NCBI GenBank assembly: GCA_951406725.2
Contig: OX597837.1
Coordinates: 18,910,001 to 18,974,000, forward strand
Direction: 5' to 3'
DNA from: Octopus vulgaris
Taxonomy: Eukaryota
Length of the DNA stretch: 64,000 bases
Of this stretch, positions 1 to 12,070 are shown piece by piece (positions within the stretch are counted from its first letter, which is position 1; every line of letters begins with the position of its first letter). The notes beneath the pieces are model-generated. The model saw only the letters and a list, made by a program, of their open reading frames with translations. It was not told the DNA's origin and did not search any database. A program made the translations under genes and the position numbers.

Positions 1-220
1 GTGGTTCTTCTCTCTAAGTGCCATCAGATCATTGTTTCTAGATGCTGTGCGGTCTCTTTCCCTCACCACCCTAAAGTCACTCTCTCAAAGTAACTGTGAT
101 GTCACTCTCTCTCTAAGTGCCTGCAGCATTCTCCTTCTTTGTACCATAAGTCTAGGTACTGTGAAATCACTCTCTCTAAGTGCCTATAGTTACCATTATG
201 TTAGATTATCTAAATACCTA

Positions 221-440
221 TTTCTTTATTATCCAAAAGGGGCTAAACATAGAGGGGACAAACAAGGACAGACATAGGTATTAAGTTGATTACATCGACC
301 CCAATACATAACTGATACTTAGTTTATTGACCCTGAAAGGATGAAAGGCAAAGTCGACCTCGGCGGAATTTGAACTCACAACATAGATGAAATACGGCTA
401 CGCATTTCGCCCGGTGTGCTAATGTTTCTGCCAGCTCGCC
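221..440 (-). mobile_element. tRNA-derived SINE, family A. Other copies at about 18339-18552(+), 20557-20770(+), 22800-23010(-), 24270-24490(-), 26811-27043(+), 28015-28227(-), 33218-33445(+)
   Basis: The minus strand starts GGCGAGCTGGCAGAA (A-box-like) and has GAGTTCAAATTCC (B-box-like), then the conserved GGTCGACTTTGCCTTTCATCCTTTC.GGGTC.ATAAA block. Many diverged copies occur in the window. The copy at 18339 has a 16-bp TSD, GAATATTTAGGTTCAA (18321-18336 / 18553-18568). Confidence 0.85.
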
Positions 441-760
441 AATATTGCCTTGAGCTACTGTTAAGTCATTGTCACTCCACTTAATGTGACATCATACAAA
501 GTCCCTTTAATCACCATAAAATCACTTTGCTGAGTTGATTAGATCAGTGTGTCATGATATTTTAATGAATCACAACATTATATAAGTATATCTCCAAATT
601 GAACATGTTCAGGATATTATATTCATATTTGTAGAAAAAATTTAAACATTGAACTTTTATTTTGACTGCACAGACTTATTCTTACACACAATCTCAAATA
701 TGCTGCATTCAGTGGCAATGCTGTGTTTAGTTGAAATACATGCATGCATACACACACACA

Positions 761-803
<43 letters not shown>

Positions 804-1801
804 CCTATCATCATCATTTGATGTCTATGTTCTATGCTGGTATAGGGTGGACAGTTTGACATGATCTGATGGGTCCAAGGATCATGTCTCAGGATCTGCT
901 TTGGTATGGTTTCTACAGCTGGATGCCCTTCCTAATGCCAACCACTTTATAGTATTTTCTAGGTGTTTTTTTCTTTTTCGTCCCACTGACATTTGTGAGG
1001 ATGTTGTGCAGCTTGCCTATCTACAAAATCCAAGGAGATGGGAATTTGCATCCTTATGCGCCCATTTAATCAGGAAGAAAAGGTAGTGAATATGGTCCTC
1101 TATGGGGCTCTCAGGACTAGTGTGAGTGGAGAAAGGAGGTATTCTCAAACCAGAAACTTAGATACTTGCAACTGTAGACTCTGCTAAAGGCACCCAAGGA
1201 TCAGCTAGTTGTGTTGAACCGAGCAATAAATTAAGTCTACTAGCCATATGTGATAACAGGATTCCATTGTTGGTCTTATTCGAGAAGATCAGCAAATGCT
1301 GGGGGAAGAAGAATTTTCTGAGTCTAAAGAGATTTTCGGTTACTTTTTTGCCATTTTGTCAGTTACAAGTTCTTCAGAAGAGATGAGAGTCCCATTGACT
1401 GAAATATTTAAAAGTGAGAAAATAATGGATGAAACCAGTTCTTTCAAAATTCCTATTTTGTTTTCTTCACACTAACTTGTGTAGGTTGAACTGTGTAAAA
1501 TGTTAGAGAAAGAAACTTGGCTGTTTCTTGAAATACATCGAAAGCAAAATTTTTTCAGGGTCCCTTAATATTCTGTTGCGGATCTCCAATTTACTTTTTT
1601 GTTGCATGGATCCACAAACATCTTATATGGACCCTGGTTGAGAATCACTGAGCTAGATGGCCTCTTGCATACAAATCTTTTAGCTAGAGCATTTCATTAT
1701 TTCATATGTCATAGTATCTTATATATTTCTTTTTAATCTGGTAGATTTTTTTTTTGTAATGTTTTGTCTTCATTATATTTTTTCTTTTGTTGTCATAACA
1801 G

Positions 1802-1924
1802 ATAGATGATGAACAAGATGTAGAATCTATGCCAGACTCGCCAATAGAAATCAAGTTTACTTCATATGATCAACCCCCTATGCCAGAACGGGCATTTGAA
1901 GAAGTTTACTATTTCGCTAAATAA
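1802..1924 (+). CDS. Probable terminal coding exon of an unidentified gene (IDDEQDVESMPDSPIEIKFTSYDQPPMPERAFEEVYYFAK*)
   Basis: A long polypyrimidine tract ends in CAG at 1799-1801. It is followed by 40 codons of non-repetitive, protein-like sequence in phase 0, TAA at 1922-1924, and AATAAA at 1998-2003. Confidence 0.6.
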   Translation: MDDEQDVESMPDSPIEIKFTSYDQPPMPERAFEEVYYFAK

Positions 1925-2201
1925 TATCATTATAATTATTATGTTTAATGAAGACAACTTCACCTTACACTCATACACACAAAAAAAAGAGAATAATAAT
2001 AAAGTATTTTAATTTTGCATTGGTTCATTATTATAATTTTTTTCTTTCTTTTTTTTGATTAAGAAACTGAACTACCATACTATAAGGTGCTGGAAAATTT
2101 TCTCCATTTAGTTCTAAAATCTCTTCATGAGATATAAGTAGTAACAATACTTTCCACTATAACATGGCTTTTCTATATAAAACTATGTTACTACATCTTA
2201 A

Positions 2202-2250
2202 CCCCATGAAAATGTCTTTTCCAGCTGGTTAACGACACATTTTCCTAGGG
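2202..2250. mobile_element. Minimal piggyBac-type MITE remnant (49 bp)
   Basis: TTAA|CCCCATGAAAATGT...ACATTTTCCTAGGG|TTAA: a TTAA TSD on both sides, CCC/GGG ends and imperfect 14-bp TIRs. Confidence 0.55.
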
Positions 2251-2676
2251 TTAAAATTCAGTACCATTTGTTAGGTAACAATCCAATTATATAACTTTAC
2301 ATTCATCAAAGTTAGCCAATATGTAAGGGCATATGGCGACTGCTCTCTAATTTAACGTCTGCTTTCCATGCTGGCATGGGTTGGACGGTTTGACTGAGAA
2401 CTTGCAAGCTTGGAGGCTGCCCCAGGCTGATTTGGCAAGGTTTCTACAGCTGGATGCCCTTCCTAATGTCAACCACTCCAAGAGTGAAGTGCGTGCTTTT
2501 ACGTGTCACTGGCACAGGAGCCAGTCAGGCGGTACTGGCATCAGCCATACTCAAATAGTACTTTTTATGTGCCACCAGTACAGGTGCTAGTCAGGTAGCA
2601 CTGGCATTGGTCACACTCGAATGGTGCTTTGTACATTACCACCGGCATGGGTGCCAGCCAGGCATCACTGGCATCA

Positions 2677-2715
<39 letters not shown>

Positions 2716-3239
2716 ACAACAGGGCTTCTTTCATTTTCTATCTACCAAATCCACTCACAAGGCTTTGGTTGGCCTGTAGCTATATAAGAAGACACTTGCT
2801 CAAGGTGTCACACAGTAGGACTTGAACCCAGAACCATGTGGTTGGGAAGCAAACTTAGCACATCCAACATAACTTGGATGTGTTGCTTATAATTCCACAG
2901 ATTTCAGTGAATGTCCCCAAAAAATCATTTTGTGTAGACAACAATTCTGTTGGTTGATGAAATTTTGTCAGCACCAGCTGACTTGCACTTGGTGCTTGCA
3001 CTACTTGCACTTGGTGCTTGGCTGATGATCTGCAATGTGGTGAAATCAAGTGATACAGTGGTGTCATCTGGTGGTGCTGACAAAATTTTATCAACCAACA
3101 GAAATGATGTTTCATAGCATTTGTCATTTATGTGAAATGAATTTTTGAAACATTTACCAGTCTACAGCATTATAAACAACAAATCCAAATTAGGTTGGAT
3201 GTTCTAATTAATAGTCATCAAAAAAGGCAGCTTTTGTTG

Positions 3240-3274
<35 letters not shown>

Positions 3275-3911
3275 GAATATAGTCCAGGTGTGCTGTGTGC
3301 ATTATAAATTATTAACCTTACTCATTAATTCAACCACAAATCATAATGGAAAACTTTTGTTACACTCTTGCTTGAAATTTGGTAGCAGGTGTTGTCCTGA
3401 AAAAACACTGCACACCTCACAGCGCATTGTAATATGGTACTGGGCGTATCATAGAATAATGGAAGAATGGCAAAAGATGTTTGACAGCTTTAACAGCACG
3501 GTTTCATGCTTGTTTTCATGGCAAGAAGTTCATTTGTGTTAATTTAGAATTTCTAAACTAAAACTAATTTTTTTCTTTCAATATCATCATATAACTTTGA
3601 TCTGAATTTGTTTTTAGGAGTCAGAAACAAAACTTAAGTCAGGTCAAATTCTGGCACTGGTAGCACACCAAACACCTGAAGTTTGGGTAGTATCAGCTGT
3701 TTTGTCATTAGTCACTGAAAATGGTTTGATGTAACAGGTTGTGTGTTGATATTTTACTCAGTGAATTTTGTGATTTTCTTAGTTGTGTGTTTAGGCATTT
3801 TATCTAAAATTTAATTAGTGATCTTAAATGCTTTTAAGTCACAGAAATATGCACAACCAATGACAACCAGCACTATACACCACTGATATATATAATCATA
3901 TACATACATAC

Positions 3912-4480
3912 AGTCAACAGGTGAGATCTAGAGATGCTCAATAAAGAGAACATGTAGTGGTGCTCAAATGATTTGAACTTAAAGTCTGAAGTCTTTATCA
4001 AAGTCTAGATCCATGGAGTTAGTGATGCAAATAAACATGATTTGACATGCACACACACAGATAGATACAAAATATCTAGATATATTCAGAAGATAAACTA
4101 GTATGTACAAGCATAAAGATATATATATTGACAAACATTTACTTTTATTTAAGATATATAAAGTATAGAAAACTAGGGTTGAATGCATAGTTTTTTTTAA
4201 CCCAATACCTGTTTTTTGGAGCTTAGAATTATCAAATAGTTGTAATGTTGATAATTAGCAGATGAAATGTACAAAGTTCATGGATATGCAACCAGTAGAT
4301 GGATGCATAGAGACATTACCATATTACTGGCTTCCTTCATCAGGAGGGAAAAATGACAGATGGCAGTTCATATTGTATTGCAAGGGATTTAAAGGTTGAA
4401 TGGGAGAAGAGGAAGAGAGGAGTAAAAGATAAGGAGAGGGTGGATTAGGGTGGGTGAAGTAGAGGAAGAGATAAGAAATA
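3912..4480 (-). mobile_element. Degenerate Penelope-like/HHR-bearing terminal-repeat fragment, homologous to 50610-51400
   Basis: Shares AGTCAACAG.TGAGATC.AGAGATGCTCAATA...GTGCTCAAATGATTTGAACTTA with the element at 50610. The minus strand has CTGATGAAGG near 4333-4342 and a decayed GAAA/stem III near 4205-4216. Confidence 0.45.
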
Positions 4481-4674
4481 CAAAATGAATGGAAGAAATA
4501 TTTTGAAAGTTATGATGAAATAAACAAATAATCTTCCAAGCTACAACGGCTGGAAGTTAAGGATCACTTAGAAAAAATGAACTACCAACTGAGATATTTG
4601 TTGTTTAGAAGATTGTTAATCGGCTAATAGTTACTTCTTATGATCTTATATTATTGGAACATTCAGCTGTCAAC

Positions 4675-6370
4675 ATGGCAGCTTGTGAAAGACAATCGGT
4701 GTCCAGCGATAAAAACAAAGGATCGTGTGCCTTCACCAAGAGGGCAAGTCAAATTCTGTGATAGCAACTACTGTAGGAAGATCTAGAAGTGTTGTGCAAC
4801 GAATTGTAACTCATTTTAAGTCATCATGATCAACAATTGCTTAGCCCAAAACTGGCAGACCTTGTAAAACTTCACCAAGACAGGATCCTATTATGGTTAG
4901 AATGTCACTAAAGGATAGATTTAAGAGATATCCCGCAAGTTTAGCTCCACTTCCAATGTCAATGTATCACGCAAAACAGTTTCTTGGAGGTTATGAGGTA
5001 CCAGGCTGCTTGCTCAGGCACCGGCAAAGAAACCTGATCTCCAAGGAGAATCAAAGAGCCCGTCTTTGTTTCTCTCACGAACATGTTTGAACAGAAGATC
5101 AGTGGTCGCAGGTTTATTTTAGTGATGAATCGAAGTTTAATGTGATTGGTTCCAATGGCGGGATGTACGTCTGACGAAGTGGTGAAAGGTTATCTTGTGC
5201 ATGTATTATGGTGATTGTGAAATATGGAGGAGGCAGTGTGATGATATGGGGGTGGGGTATCTCTGCTGCTGGACCTGATCCACTTATTCGCCTACAAAGA
5301 ACTGTCAATGCTGAAATCTACAAGTGGATTCTTAGACAGCATGCCCTACCACATCTCCAATCCTCGCCAGTTCAACCTCTTATCTTCATACAGGACAATG
5401 CTCCCTGTCACATTGCAAGGAGAGTCAAAGATTTTTTGAGTGATGAAGAGGTTGATTTCATGGACTGGCCACCTCAAAGTCCTGATCTCACCTCTATATA
5501 AAATGTTTGGAAGATTATTGGAGATGGGGTGTGAAGGAGAAATCTGTAACAAGTAGAGGCATTACCACTATAATACAGTTTGCCACTGTTACATTAGTTG
5601 GCATTACGAAGGAGCCTTTCATAAACTTCACAAATAATTTGATGCTATTCAGAACTGGTGGGTGATATTCTTTGTTATAAAATGATTGCCATACATGAAA
5701 TAAAATAACATAACAGGTTACAACAAAGATGTGTGAGAGAACTTCATGGTTAGGCTGGACTGTTGATTTTGCAGATATAGTTGACATGCTGTTTGGTGGT
5801 GTGTAGAGGTAACTGTTGGTTTGTTGGTCATGTGATGTTCATACAGCAATGATGTAGACAGGTGTCTGGTGGAGAAGATGAAAGCATTGACTGGTTGGTG
5901 TCAGATACATTGTTGCTGGAGACGAGTTGCGTGTGGTCAGTGGTGAGTACCAAAGATCTAGAGTGGTTGGAAACTATCTTTCCTATAGAGGTCAGTAGGC
6001 TCCCAGAGCTGGTGATTAATTTCCTGCGCATAAGGAAAAATAAACTTGCACCAACGTGATTGGGCAGGTGGAAGCTGACCAGTACAAAGAACAGGTTCGT
6101 TTAATCACGAGGTGATGTGACCTGCTGGAATGAAAAGGGCTCTGGAGCTGATATTTGGGTATTTAAGCTCAGATGAGTCAACGCGAAAACATCTCACAAT
6201 AACTGTAAATCACTTCTGCTACAAATCCATAGAACCAAGATGAACACTGGGAATTATTGAAAAATGAATGGAACAATATTACTCCATCATTTTGTAAGAA
6301 ATTAATTCAGTCCTGTGGTAACAGATATCAGGAGATCATTGGCAATAAAGGGATGTTCACAAAATATTAA
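4675..6370 (+). pseudogene. Tc1 transposase pseudogene (5545-6223 is an insertion)
   Basis: Contains an HTH region (IATTVGRSRSVVQRIV, TGRPCKTS), FSDESKF, KYGGGSVMIWG, QDNAPCH and WPPQSPDLTSI. Exactly 34 residues follow the second D, and the catalytic E codon is now TAA (5499-5501). The C-terminus EWNNITPSFCKKLIQSCGNRYQEIIGNKGMFTKY* resumes in frame after the insertion. Confidence 0.92.
5545..6223. mobile_element. Solo LTR (679 bp), probably Gypsy-type
   Basis: Termini are TGTA...TACA, with a 4-bp TSD AATC at 5541-5544 and 6224-6227. Removing the element restores the Tc1 reading frame. Confidence 0.8.
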
Positions 6371-6782
6371 TAATAAGGGTTTCTTTTTCGTTCTTGTTCC
6401 ATTTTTCATTGTTTTTCTAAGTGACCCTTAACTTTTGGTGGTTGCATTTTGGAAGATTATTTGTTTATTTTCTCATAGCTTATGAAATATTTCTTCCATT
6501 CACTTGAAACTTTCACGAAAGATAGATATTAGGTATATCTAATTATGTGTAAAATATCTAGTCTCAAAATTTTGTTAATGGTCTATAATAAATATTTCAA
6601 TACACTTGTTTTTACTGACCCTTATATTATGGCCACTACTGTATAGCTGGTTGTTGGGATAACATAGAAAATATGTAAATGAAGATGAAGTTTATTTGAT
6701 AGCTGAAAGATTACTGAATCTTTTGATACCCCATATTCAGTTTTCGAATGCATAAGGAACACACACACACACATACAAACTC

Positions 6783-6825
<43 letters not shown>

Positions 6826-6827
<2 letters not shown>

Positions 6828-7860
6828 AAATGAGAAAATGGAGCAATATATCTAAATCAATCATCAACTATCAGATAATACTGAATCATATACTTTATTA
6901 AAACACTCCACAATAGCAATGAGATTAGACATTAATACAGTACAATAATTACAATCAATATGGTGAGATATAACTAAATAAATATAACAAGATATAAAAA
7001 TACATTTACATTATAACTGACAGCTGTTTTGGCCATGAAGATAGGTATGTCTCATTTAACCTATTAGCCATATAATGCAGGTATAAATGAGACATTAACA
7101 AGAATATCTTACGGCCTCTTCGGAGATTCTAATGCAAACCCTAAAATAATTTACATATAAATATAAATATGAGTGCATACATACTCATATTCTTACATAT
7201 ATATACATATATATACATATATACAATAATACAATATAAATCAATATACATCAACAAACACAATAATGTTCCATATTGAACGCCACAACTCCTCAACCAA
7301 CATCAAGAAACCACAACAGACACACTCACACTCAATGCAGGCATATATATTAAACAGTTCAATATATTAAAATGTGTCACTTCACAAAAAGCCAATAAAG
7401 TTAATACCACCACCATAGTACCATCCAAGGCAAGTGGATATCTGCATATATATGCAATCAGTTAAATTCCTCTGTTTGCATGGTATTAATTTTCACAGAT
7501 GCATTCGATTGTCCTATACTTTTAAATTTGAATTACAATAGATATATTACGGTTAGTTAGCTAGGAAACATACACACGTGCACGCACATCCACAAAACGT
7601 GTGCACATACAGACATAGTCATATGTTTACACACACACACACACCCACACACACACACACACATACACACAGACATACCCACATACTCAACCAAATCATA
7701 AATAAATAAATAAATAACATAAGAGGTACTATCTCATCTATACACTAAGTGTTTACAAACAGATCCACTCACATATGTCCATAAATCCGTTTCTCTAGCA
7801 GTATATTGGATATATGTTATCCCATGGAGGGTTGAATTTACAACCCCTATCTCATTTTAT
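6826..7860. mobile_element. (TA)n-flanked Penelope-like terminal-repeat fragments with a degenerate HHR at 7015-7128(-)
   Basis: 6826-6910 matches 63892-63972 directly, and 7795-7860 is the reverse complement of 63718-63781. The minus strand reads CCGAAGA-GGCC...GGCC-AAAA-CAGCTG-TC. Confidence 0.55.
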
Positions 7861-7880
7861 ATATATATATATATATATAA

Positions 7881-9049
7881 CTAGCTTAAGGTGACCACTC
7901 TACGTGCGGGTAAGAGTGTGGTTGTTACTGTCTGTTGCTTCCTTTCGGCACGTAAAAAGCACCATCCGAACGTGGCTGATGGCAGCGCCGCCTTGACTGG
8001 CTTCTGTGCCAGTGGCACGTAAAAAGCATCAACTGATCATGGCCGCTGCCAGCCCCACCTGGCACCTGTGCCGGTGGCACGAAAAAGGCACCCACTAAAC
8101 TCACAGAGTGGTTGGCATTAGGAGGGGCATCCACCTGTAGAAACACTGCCAGATCAGACTGGAGCCTGGTGCAGCCTCCTGGCTTCCCAGACCCCGGTCA
8201 AACCGTCCAACCCGTGCTAGCACGGAAAACAGACGTTAAACGACGATGATGATGATGATGATGAATCGCCCTCTTTGTTTCTCTCTCCTTTCTCACTTTC
8301 CCTCGGACTCTCCCTCGCCTTCTCTTACTCTCTATCCTTATCTATTTCTCTCCCATTTATAAACAACAAAAGATCTTGAGTAAGTTGAGAAAGAAATATT
8401 TTGAAAGATCACTCATAAATATCAGGCAGTGACAACGGAAAGGTCTGCTTCAAGGCAGACAGCAAAACACTAACATTTAAAAGGGATAGACGAACTTGCG
8501 AGCTGAATAAAAATAAAAAAAAATATTGGGAACCAAAGTTTGAAGGGATGGAATCTGAGGATAGTAGAGTCACCATGGCTGGCATTTCTTAACGACGGAC
8601 AGTAACGTAGTGGCAGTTTAATGGCTGGCGTAAAATTTTGAACTTGATGTAAAAGAAAATTCCTAAACACCAAGTTTTGAAGTGATTCTTTCTCACGACA
8701 GTAGACTCACCATGGCAAGCATTCAAAACTTCTTCATCAAGGACGGCAACACATTGATGATTTAAAGGCTGGTGCAAATTTTTAAGCTTGATGTAACAGA
8801 GAATTCCTAAACACCCGCTCCTGTAAATTTTAATCCCCTTCAAGCCCCATTTAGACCTCTTTTCACATTTTGATTAATATAACCCAATTTCATTCAGGTC
8901 TACTGGGGCCACATTTTATAAGATGAGGAATTTTGTCCTAGAGGTCACGCCTTTCATTTGAGGAAAAAAATAGTTGCCATGCAAACTCGCCAGCACTTTT
9001 AACATGGGTGTGCATATTTTCAGCACAACCGACCACATAATGCACACAT

Positions 9050-9088
<39 letters not shown>

Positions 9089-9930
9089 ACGCATTATATA
9101 TACAAATGTATACAAATTATATATATGTATATATATAAATTAAATTAGAGATAAAACTACTATTAGGCAAATCAAACCGTGAAAAATATAAACCAAAACA
9201 TAAAAATAAAAATATAATATATAAAATTAAAAAATTTAAATTATTTAAATTTAAATTTAAAATTATTAATTTATATTTATAATTTAAAAAAATATATATA
9301 TATATAACTATCAAAAAGTATTAAAAAGTTTAATATACATAAATACAGATATATACACTTTGTATATATACATTATATATACATATTTATATATAGAACA
9401 CACACACACACACACACACATATATAAATTAACCCAATAAATATCTGATTCATAATATTTGTTCTCATGATTGTGTGGTGATGGTGGTGATGATAATTCT
9501 ATCTATGAATGCAGACAGACGTAGAGAGAGAGAGTGTGTGAAAGCGCTGTCGAAGGCGGGGAAATATAAGACTCTGTGAAACGACGTTATAAAGAGAAAG
9601 TGAAGGAAGGGAGGTAGACGCTGTGAAACGACGTTATAGATAGAAAGTGATGGGAAGGGACGAAAGAGAGTGAATGATGGAGGAAGACAGATACATAAAA
9701 GAATGAGAGTAGTCTTGTCAAAGTGCGTTTTTTTCCCTAGCAATGACACCTTTTAAGATAGGGATTTCTAACCTAGCCACTCGCATTCCTCACCTCATTT
9801 TACATGTCCCTGTAAATTTTGGAGTCAATCCGATGGGATCTAGTGGCCTTTAACCCGTTCTCAATGCCAAAACCAGACAAACAAACAAACAAACAAACAA
9901 ACTTTTCGCATTTCAGAATTATAATATAGA
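7881..9930 (-). mobile_element. Non-autonomous Helitron-like element with nested insertions
   Basis: The minus strand begins TCTATATTATAA followed by a (GTTT)n tract. It ends with an imperfect GC-rich hairpin (ACCCGCACGTAGAGTGGT) and CTAG|T at 7884-7880. There is an internal ~120-bp tandem duplication (about 8560-8671 / 8697-8816). Confidence 0.6.
7945..8263 (+). mobile_element. RTE-related non-autonomous retroposon ending in (GAT)n. Other copies at about 808-970(-), 2345-2680(-), 12198-12388(-), 15682-15769(+), 27806-27940(-), 37626-37771(+), 41303-41480(-), 43826-43990(+), 62177-62330(-)
   Basis: The consensus GGTTGGC.TTAGGAAGGGCATCCAGCTGTAGAAA...CCAACCCATGCTAGCATGGAAA.CGGACGTTAAA(TGA)n recurs across the window. 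Internal GGCACGTAAAAAGCA repeats are present. The RTE link is inferred from similarity to RTE UTR motifs. Confidence 0.75.
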
Positions 9931-10248
9931 GAAGAGAGAGAGAGAGAGAGAGGGGAAGGTGTATGTGTAGTCCTAATAAGTATTATTTGGGACAAAATCT
10001 GTGCAGCCATAATAGTCAATGCTTTTAGTTTGAACCAAAGGATGCAGGGGATCAAACTTGAATGTCTGATTTTGTGTATTGTATTCCACAATTGTGAAAC
10101 ATTTCATATAAGGCACTTTGCTGCTGTCATAATTGTTTAGTTCCATATTAGCCCTCACTGAACAAATCACAGATCAAATAAATACCAACTATGACCCTCC
10201 CATTTATTTTTCTTTCTAGCAATACTTTACCCTAAATTACATTACTGA

Positions 10249-10316
<68 letters not shown>

Positions 10317-11005
10317 CAGTATGGATTTTCTAAAACCTTAAATTATGGTTTTAAGAGTTCATGATCCTCCAATTCACAATGGTGCATCATGGGAGAGCCA
10401 CTGATGTAGAAAAAATATTTTATCAGTCTAGCATAACCCATGATGGATCTAATGTATTTTTTGTACACTGTTATTGTATGAGTTTTGTCATTGGTCAAAC
10501 GTAGCACCTGTGAAGGCTCAAGGTATGTTTGTGTTGTTTTACATTTTATGTTGCTTCTATAAAAGAGTCAAGTGACAAAAAAGGCCTAAAGGTTAATGCC
10601 AAAAAAACAAAAAAAAGACAGACAATGGTTATTAGTAAAACAGAACAAAAGGAAAGATAAAAATTTTCTGCTCACTTTATATCTTTAATGCTGTATGGAA
10701 TATAAGATACCTTACTTGGGAAAAGAGGTAAAGATTAGTGGTAGAAAGGGCATCTGGCTGTAAGACAATGTTTAAATGATATATCTAACCCATGCAAGCA
10801 TGGAGAAATGGGGAAACAAATGAGTGTACATATGAATAATTGCAGTTTGATGAGCTGTTGCCAGTTAGACTTCAAAGTTACTGTTAGCTTGCATTTTGCG
10901 TCAATAAAATATTTAGAATCTACACTTCTATTGAGTTTTTAAAGTTTTTTTGTTGGCGATTTTTTTTCCTCCATCTTCCCTTCTCTGGATCTTTCCTTTT
11001 CCTAT

Positions 11006-11040
11006 GTTTCTGACGAAGAGCTCTGCTCGAAACGTTAAAC
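11006..11040 (+). ncRNA. Minimal type-I hammerhead ribozyme motif (PLE-type)
   Basis: GTTT-CTGACGA-A-GAGC(TCT)GCTC-GAA-ACGT-T-AAAC. Stem I is GTTT/AAAC, the core is intact, stem II is 4 bp and stem III is the palindrome ACGT. Confidence 0.65.
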
Positions 11041-11143
11041 CCTCCTTCTTCCCTTCCTTCCTGAGCATCCAATAATACTATATTTATTCCACGTCCTCGC
11101 GTTGTTGTGTTTTCTCTTTGTGTTTTCATGTTTGGATTAACTT

Positions 11144-11183
<40 letters not shown>

Positions 11184-11454
11184 TATATATACATGTGTAT
11201 GTATATATATACATGTGTGTATGTGTATATATATATATATATATAACCATTAACGGTAGGAACTTCTATAAAAGTTCAATATATATTTTGTATATAAATA
11301 AAAAAAGCAGGCAACAGGTTGCTTAGCCACATACCGAAAAAATTAGACTGTTTATTTCTATTTTCTACAAATAAGACTCCACAAACGACATATCCCTGTA
11401 ATTCACATATGCAAAACAGAAGGAAGAAATAATGAAAACAAAGTCTAATGGTTA

Positions 11455-11521
11455 TTTATGAACACGTTTCTAGATTAGGAATATAATAAAATATCAATTC
11501 CATGTCCTTCGTCAGTGTAAA
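11455..11521 (-). ncRNA. Hammerhead ribozyme motif, CpG-decayed, within a (TA)n-flanked element at 11243-11870
   Basis: Minus strand: TTTACA-CTGACGA-AGGA...GGAAT...ATTCC...TCTA-GAA-ACGTGT-T-CATAAA. Confidence 0.5.
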
Positions 11522-11982
11522 CCTCTACTAAAATAGATTTATCAAATGCTACGTACCTCCACTTCTCAATCAGGTGACGTCGAAATAGTGGAAGAAAGCA
11601 AGCATAGGCCAAACCTATATAGATGATTGAATCCGCAAATTTTCTCTCCAAAATTTTACCATGCGTATTACAAAAATAGTTCCTTAGAGATAGAAACTAT
11701 GGGTTGTCGTAAGGGAGTGAAAATTCCAATTAGTAATATAATAAGAGTAAATAATAGTTTTAATGGTTTTTAAAAAACCAACAATTAAAAAACCAACAAT
11801 AAAAGTTCAATATATATTTTATATACTGTTAATGGTTATATTTACATGCCGAAGTCTACCAGTAAATAATATATATTTATATATATATATATACAATACA
11901 TATGTATATATATATATATATACACACACATATATATAAATAAATAAATGGAGTTTAACGCAGGTATAATTCAAATACTTTT

Positions 11983-12070
11983 ACTTCCGACACATGTTTC
12001 AAAGATTTCACTGATATTATTCCAAAGGAATAAATGGTGTAAAACAATGTAATCTTCTGTTCAGGGAAGT
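11983..12070 (-). ncRNA. Hammerhead ribozyme motif with long stem II and an altered CUGAnGA box
   Basis: Minus strand: ACTTCC-CTGAACAG-AAGATT...AATCTT-T-GAA-ACATGT-GTC-GGAAGT, with a perfect 6-bp stem I and a GUC triplet. Confidence 0.5.

Larger units (their letters stand above)
4486..6622 (+). mobile_element. Tc1-family (DD34E) DNA transposon fossil with long TIRs, interrupted by a solo LTR
   Basis: Inverted repeats at 4486-4581 and 6405-6502 (about 95 bp alignable; the left TIR is truncated). They enclose a decayed transposase. Confidence 0.9.

Noticed and set aside
1136-1650. Possible hAT/Charlie-type element ending GGTTGAGAATCACTG
   Set aside because: Only one convincing TIR, with no 8-bp TSD and no transposase motif.
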